Shown piece after piece: positions 57,113-64,000 of a stretch of DNA of 64,000 nt. Under the pieces are notes generated by a model. The model did not search any database, had not been told where the DNA came from, and saw only the letters and a program-made list of their open reading frames with translations. Both the position numbers and the translations under genes were made by a program. Location of the stretch: the NCBI GenBank assembly GCA_951406725.2, contig OX597821.1, positions 85,560,001 through 85,624,000 on the forward strand, in the 5' to 3' direction. Source of the DNA: Octopus vulgaris. Its lineage: Eukaryota. Numbering within the stretch: the first letter of the stretch is position 1; each line of letters opens with the position of its first letter.

Positions 57113-57311
57113 CGATCATTATATATATATATATATATACATATATCTGTATATATACATATACATATATATATATATATATCAACCTGTGCTAGCAAGG
57201 CAAACAGGCATTAAACGATGATGATGATATGAGAGAGACAAAGAGATATAAAGTTATATATATATAGAGATAGATATGTATATATATAGACATATATATA
57301 TATAGACATAG

Positions 57312-57387
<76 letters not shown>

Positions 57388-57520
57388 ATATATGTATATA
57401 TATATATATATATGTGTGTATATATATATGTATATATATCGATATATGTGTGTATATATATATCGATATATGTGTGTGTATATATATATGTATATATATC
57501 GATATATGTGTATATACATA

Positions 57521-57563
<43 letters not shown>

Positions 57564-57576
57564 ATATATATATATG

Positions 57577-57655
<79 letters not shown>

Positions 57656-57685
57656 GTGTGTATATATATATGTGTGTATATATAT

Positions 57686-57727
<42 letters not shown>

Positions 57728-57767
57728 GTATATATATGTGTATATATATATATGTATATATATGTGT

Positions 57768-57965
57768 ATCATCATCATCATCATCATCATCATTTAGCAT
57801 CCGTTCTCCATGCTAGCATGGGTTGGACGGTTCAACTGGGGTCTGTGAAGCTGGAAGGCTTCATCAGGCCCAGTCAGATCTGGCAGTGTTTCTACAGCTG
57901 GATGCCCTTCCTAACGCCAACCACTCTGTGAGTGTAGTGGGTGCTTTTTACGTGCCACCTGCACA
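57768..57965 (-). mobile_element. RTE 3' UTR fragment
   Basis: Reverse complement of 24630-24823, including the (CAT)n tail. Confidence 0.85.
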
Positions 57966-58334
57966 GATATACAAGTATATATATGTGTATATATATAAGT
58001 ATATATATGTGTATATATATATATGTGTGTGTATATATATATATACTTATATATATATACACACACACATATATATATATACACACATATATACATATAT
58101 ATATACACACATATATACATATATATATACATATATACACATATATATACACACATATATACATATATATATACATATATACACATATATATATACATAT
58201 ATACACACATATATATGTATATACACATATATCGATATATATACATATATATATACACACACACATATATATATACACATATATCGATATATATACATAT
58301 ATATATACACACACACATATATCGATATATATAC

Positions 58335-58397
<63 letters not shown>

Positions 58398-58419
58398 TAT
58401 ATACATATATAGATACGTG

Positions 58420-58451
<32 letters not shown>

Positions 58452-58860
58452 CATTGTGTGTGAAACATGAAATCCTTTCTTTTCTTTCCTTTGAGTGTCC
58501 AGTAATACAGTACTTTTTGCACATCCTTGGGCTGTTCTTTTTTCTTGTCTGCACTTGCTTGGATTGACTATATATACATATGCCTATATGTATATGCATA
58601 TATATATGCATATGTATATATATACATATATATGCCTATGTATATATATACATATATATGCCTATATGTATATGCATATATATAATGCATATAAGTATAT
58701 GCATATATATATATGCATATATGTATATGCATATATATATATGCATATATATATATATATATATATGCATATATGTATATGCATATATATATGCATAAAT
58801 ATATGCATATATGCATATATATATATATATGCATATATGTATATGCATATATGTATATGC

Positions 58861-58892
<32 letters not shown>

Positions 58893-59844
58893 GCTCATCA
58901 CCATCAGCATCCATTTTTCATGTTTGCAAGGCCTGGACAGAGTCTACTGAGGCAGATCTTCAACAACCGTATGCATATATGTATATATATATATATGCAT
59001 ATATGTATATATATATATATGCATATATATATGCATATATGTATATATATATATATATATGCATATATATATGCATATATATATGCATATATGTATATAT
59101 ATATATATATGCATATATATATGCATATATATATGCATATATGTATATATATATATATATATGCATATATGTATATGCATATATGTATATGCATATATGT
59201 ATATGCATGTGTGTATATTTATATATATACACACACATACATATATACATACGCACACAATCGGCTTCATTCACTTTCTGTCAACTGCATCCACTCACAA
59301 GGCTTTGGTTGGTCCAGGGCTTTCGAAGCAAGGTAATATTTCCAAGCATGGTCAAGATATTCGTACAGAATATAGGAAATGAATGACACTACTTGAATAT
59401 CGGTGACAATCATTTTACAACTATCACATGGTTTCACACCATGGAGACACTTGCACACACACCACATATGCATATAAACATTTCATGTATGTGTGTGCAT
59501 GTGTGTATATTTATATATATACACACACATACATATATACATACGCACACAATCGGCTTCATTCACTTTCTGTCAACTGCATCCACTCACAAGGCTTTGG
59601 TTGGTCCAGGGCTTTTGTGGAAGACACTTGTACTCCTTACTACACAGGCAAGATTGTCCTTGTATAAATCCATGATTATGAATCCTACAATATACATATG
59701 TATATATGTGTTTGTATACAAGGCCTCTTTACAGATGGGTTTTCTCAATTGCATAATCAAAACGAACTCATGGTTACAGTAGGGTGTCTTGATAGAGAAT
59801 GACCCTTGGAAAGTGTAGCGAATGAGCCACAATATAAACTGCAT

Positions 59845-60219
59845 ACTCTTTTACTTGTTTCAGTCATTTGACTGTGGTCATGCTGGAGCACCACCTTTAG
59901 TCGAGCAAATCGACCCCGGGACTTATTCTTTGTAAGCCCAGTACTTATTCTATTGGTCTCTTTTGCCGAACTGCTAAGTGACGGGGACGTAAACACACCA
60001 GCATCGGTTGTCAAGCAATGCTAGGGAGACAAGCACAAACACATATATATACATACATACGATGGGCTTCTCTCAGTTTCCGTCTACCAAATCCACTCAC
60101 AAGGCATTGGTCGGCCCAGGGCTATAGCAGAAGACACTTGCCCAAGATGCCACGCAGTGGGACTGAACCCGGAACCATGTGGTTGGTTAGCAAGCTACTT
60201 ACCACACAGCCACTCCTGC
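59845..60219 (-). mobile_element. Main SINE, young full-length copy
   Basis: Near-identical to 27964-28350. Confidence 0.92.
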
Positions 60220-61094
60220 ATAGTTTGGGTTTTGCAACATTTGTGTTTACTTTTCCCTTAATACAACTGCCGACGTCTGTATATTACACCCATAGATTCA
60301 TGAAGAGATAATATCTATCATAAAAGGTAAATGTACAACTGGACATTAGGTCAGTTTCGATGTATAGACTACTATTTAACTGCTGCATTATTTTATCTGT
60401 CCAATAAGAAGACAAAGCTGACCCCAGTAAGATTTGACCTCTGAATGTAATGAGTTTGAATACCCTAAAGTATTTTCATCGATGATCTTATGATTCTGCC
60501 ATCATGTACAAGCATACATAAACACATACAGACATTTATTATTCTTTTATATTATATATGCAGAAATAAGGATTATGTATATAAAAACATCACATACACA
60601 GATGTATGGCTACATGTGTGAGTATGTGAAAAGATATTTTGTCATTTAAGTTTTTAGAAGTTTAAAAACACAGCTATATTAAACAAATATCAACACTGTC
60701 TAAAAAGTTTGAAAAGACATTCTTTTCTCATTTATCATGATATAACTGATCTTTTTTTTGGTTGTTTTTTTAAATAGAAAACATCAAGAAACATACAATG
60801 CAGTAGTATAGTATCTGTTGTAGTAACATGTAATTTAAAACATGCATACGCACACACCCATTTAAATATAAGGCACGGTGGTCATAAGTTGAAAATCTGA
60901 AACTTAACTAAAATAAAAGTTCAAAATGTTTCCAATATGGATTTAAAGGGAAAGTATTCTACGAATACAGAAGCAAACGACACTGACACAAACATATATA
61001 CCTGCAAAGTGATTGAATGAAATATTAATGACATTGCAAAGGACTGTTGAAGAATGACATGTTGAAATGAGGAAGAATTAAAAGTTGTACTTAC

Positions 61095-61797
61095 TTCTTA
61101 AGTTTCTGCCTTCATCAGGTGTGGCACGTTCCGTATGATCTCCCGACTCTGAGTGACTCTCAGAGTTTGTATCACATGAGCCAGAACATAAACTAGATGG
61201 TCTCTCTTCTTTGACAGTGGTGTGACTACTTTTCTCCTCCCTCGAGTGACCAAAAGAGGCCTGTTCCACCAACCTTTCACTGGCGTTGTTACAGTGGTTG
61301 TACAGAGTTGTTAATGCTGAACTTTCTTCTTGTTTGCTCTTCTTGGTTGGTAAAAATGCCGACTGATACTCATCTACTCCACAGTCCGAGGAACTGGCTA
61401 CAGGTCGGAAAGCACTCCCGCCACCACTGTTGATAATACTCACTCCACGATCCAAGTGATTGGACTGGACATAGGGCGGCAGAGGAGCGTACAGTGGTGG
61501 AGCGAAAGGCTCCCCTGGACGGTACATGAATGATGAGGTGCTGAAAGAGGCACCAGGCGTAGGATCCTTGTCAACATTTTGTCCTGAGAAATGGTGAGAG
61601 CTGGAGAGACGGTTGGTATCGTGACCACTATCAGAAGTTGATGCTAAAACCATCAACGCCGGAGAGGTCAACGGGTTTGGAACAAAAGACGAACTATCCA
61701 TACCCCGGCCTCCGGATGTTCCTTGGGGTGCCACTCCAAGAAATGGTTTCGTCCACAAGTTCAACCTAAACATGGCAAAATTTGACACGTTACTCAT
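61095..61797 (-). CDS. RNF220: First coding exon of an RNF220-like RING E3 ubiquitin ligase
   Basis: The ORF contains MDSSSFVPNPLTSPALMVLAST, VDKD, SIINSGGGSAFRP and YQSAFLPTKK. These are colinear with my recollection of the vertebrate RNF220 N-terminus (MENSSYLPNPLASPALMVLAST...VDKD...GAFRP...YQSAFTPAKR). The exon ends at a phase-1 GTAAGT donor (61094-61089). First in-frame ATG is 61797; the conserved Met is 61701. No RING-domain exons were seen in the window. Confidence 0.9.
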
Positions 61798-62339
61798 GGT
61801 CAATATTTAAAAAAAAAAATATCGGGAAAAAGAAAAAAAATATATTTTAAAGTTGTGCTTTAGTTGATGTTCAATTTCCAAATTTATGCTCTAAAAACTT
61901 TTATAACTCATTTTCTAAAAAATATCGACTCCAATATCTGTTAATATTTATACATTTACTCTGAGGACTGGATTGAAACCGATACATATGTATTATATAC
62001 ATAGATAAACAAAATAGCAATAAAAAAATAATTATAAAAGAATACGCTGAAATCTTAACAGAATAATTGTTTAGAAAATATGTAAAAATCCTATAAAACT
62101 ATTTAGGATTAAAAAAAACTTAAACGTAGCTACAACAAAATATGAAGTATATTTAGGTAAGAAATATTTTCCAAAACATCCAGGCATGTGTATAAATCGC
62201 TTTAAACAATTAACTATATCAAAATAGTTTCTTTTAAGTTTTGAATGTTTATCCTTTTCTTTCTTTCTTTCGTTTTTCTTTCTTTTTTTTTCTTCAATGA
62301 AGAACGTTAGTAAAAAGGGAAGACTTGGATAGAGAATGT

Positions 62340-62700
62340 ATATAAGACAGTGCTTGCGGGCTTTGACGGATCAACTGTTATTGGGTGGTATGTGTACGTG
62401 AGAGAGAGACACAGAATGCACGAGGAGCCTTTATACAGAGGAAACTAGAAATAGACTGACACCGGCTGACTTATCGCCAGCGAAGGAGAAGTTACGTCGA
62501 GCACTGCTGCTCCTCCTGCCGATCGCTAATTCTGTGACGGAGCTGAGAGAGGGGGGGAGGGAGATTCTTTCTCAGGGTGTGCGTGGTGTCGGTTCGGCTC
62601 TGACATGTGTGTGTGTGTACGCGTGTGGAGGTCCGGCTTCCTATGATATATATATATATAAGTGCAGCGCTTGCTAGGTGAGTGCGTGTGTGTATGTATG
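62340..62700 (-). promoter_or_regulatory. Candidate promoter / 5' UTR region of RNF220
   Basis: Largely unique, locally GC- and CpG-enriched sequence 0.5-0.9 kb upstream of the ATG in an otherwise CpG-poor window. The TSS cannot be determined from sequence. Confidence 0.4.
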
Positions 62701-62777
62701 TGTGTTACCTTACTCTGTAGATAGATATTATGCATCAATAAATTTCAAAGAACTATAGATATATATTAGAGAGAGAG

Positions 62778-62962
62778 TGGGGAGGCTTGAGAGATAGAGA
62801 CATGGTGAAGGAGGGAGTGATGAAGGACGGAACAGATAGGGGGGAGACTTGAAAGATAGAGACATGGTGAAGGAGGGAGTGATGAAAGACAGAACAGATA
62901 GGGGGGAGACTTGAAAGATAGAGACATGGTGAAGGAGGGAGTGATGAAAGACGGGACAGAGA
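62778..62962. repeat. 62-bp purine-rich minisatellite, about 3 copies
   Basis: CATGGTGAAGGAGGGAGTGATGAA recurs at 62801, 62863 and 62925. Confidence 0.92.
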
Positions 62963-64000
62963 GGAAGAGGAACGGGCGGAGGTGATAAAGTGGGAGGAGT
63001 GGGAAGTTAAAGTGGCCTGTGTAGATTGAAGAGTTTGTTCAGTTAGGGAGTTGGAAGCGACAGAGGCATTTCGTGTGCGGACCACAGCAGCAGTTGAACA
63101 ACAGCTTAGCACATGCAAGAACAACGAACACCTACAATTTTACAAGACCAGGACAAGATCTCAACAAACATATTCCTAAGTGTGTTGGTAAGAAAACTGA
63201 TGGATTTTAAACAACACTGAAAAAAAAAAAAAAAAAGTTGTTCTGAAGCTTTTCCTACTCAACTTTACACATAGACGAATTGAAAGCATTTCCACAGGCG
63301 CCAACATCAGGGAACCGGTATCCATACACAGCTGGACTCACTCTATTTTTACTTTGATTTACGACAATGTAGCGCTCTCTGGAAGGCCCAAAACCTCATA
63401 ACTTTATTTACGCCTTCACTGTGCCTAAGTTACTTTTTCGTGCCCCAGGGAAAGGTATGGATGTGACAAATTCTAATTTTTTTTTTCTATCGCTATATTA
63501 TGTGACACACGCCTTCAAGAAAGGTGGGATGAAAAGCCGTAACTATATTTAATATATTTCAGTGGCAGAAACACTTTAGTAAAGGTTAAAAGAAAAAAAA
63601 TTTAAGAGGGGGGACACGATGGGAGGGGAAATAATAGCAGGTTTTATTGTTTAAACTCCAAGGCAGATCAACGATCAAAGGTGTTACGCTCTTACATTAG
63701 CTGAAAGCTAATAAAAGTGATTACATAACACCTGTTTGTTTTTTTTTCTTTTTTGGTCATTCACTAACATGTATGGCAGGGTGTGATTTGGGAGAATTTA
63801 GCTGCTATTTCTGTTTGGACTGAATTTGTTCTTGATCGGTATTTTGTTTTTAATGAAGCACTGTGAAAATAGTAAATTGATTTTATTGCTTCTCTATACA
63901 TAAAAAGGAAACACCGTGTTTTCATGGGTTTCTGTCGTCGACCGTCTTGGTTACTGCTTATGAAACCGTTTCTGCTGTAGTAAGCAAACGAGAGGAATCT

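Larger units (their letters stand above)
51562..59250. repeat. Very large compound (TA)n/(TATC)n/(TGCA-TA) satellite field with embedded LINE fragments
   Basis: Directly visible; local units include TATCTATCTAAATCAA, ATACCTATATACATCT, TATATCGATATA and ATGCATAT. Confidence 0.95.

Noticed and set aside
61078-61094. ORF-track C-terminus (SKYNF*) and TTG start at 61803 for the 241-aa ORF
   Set aside because: The tail reads through a consensus GTAAGT donor into intron, and a eukaryotic start is more plausibly the ATG at 61797 or 61701.
62778-62962. Regularly spaced repeats resembling a CRISPR array
   Set aside because: Units are contiguous tandem copies without unique spacers, there are no cas genes, and the context is eukaryotic.

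Overview
AT-rich, repeat-dense animal genomic DNA; the SINE/LINE and microsatellite content resembles an octopus (coleoid cephalopod) genome, which is an inference. The one host gene I can support is on the minus strand near the right end: the first coding exon of an RNF220-like E3 ubiquitin ligase (61797 to 61095, then a GTAAGT donor). I recognised no further RNF220 exon, so most of the window is probably one very large intron. It is filled with tRNA-derived SINEs, decayed CR1-group and RTE LINEs, a Penelope-like element, Tc1/mariner relics, MITEs, a non-autonomous Helitron and about 20 kb of (TA)n-derived micro/minisatellite. Nearly all long ORFs in the supplied track are microsatellite artefacts. 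Best leads: a tRNA-Cys copy fused to a CR1 3' end; a 3' motif and stem-loop shared by the main SINE and a CR1-group LINE; hammerhead-like motifs in Penelope-type repeats; LINE ends embedded in AT minisatellites; inverted repeat pairs in the intron; and motif-dense candidate enhancers. I see no convincing evidence of a wholly new multi-gene system.
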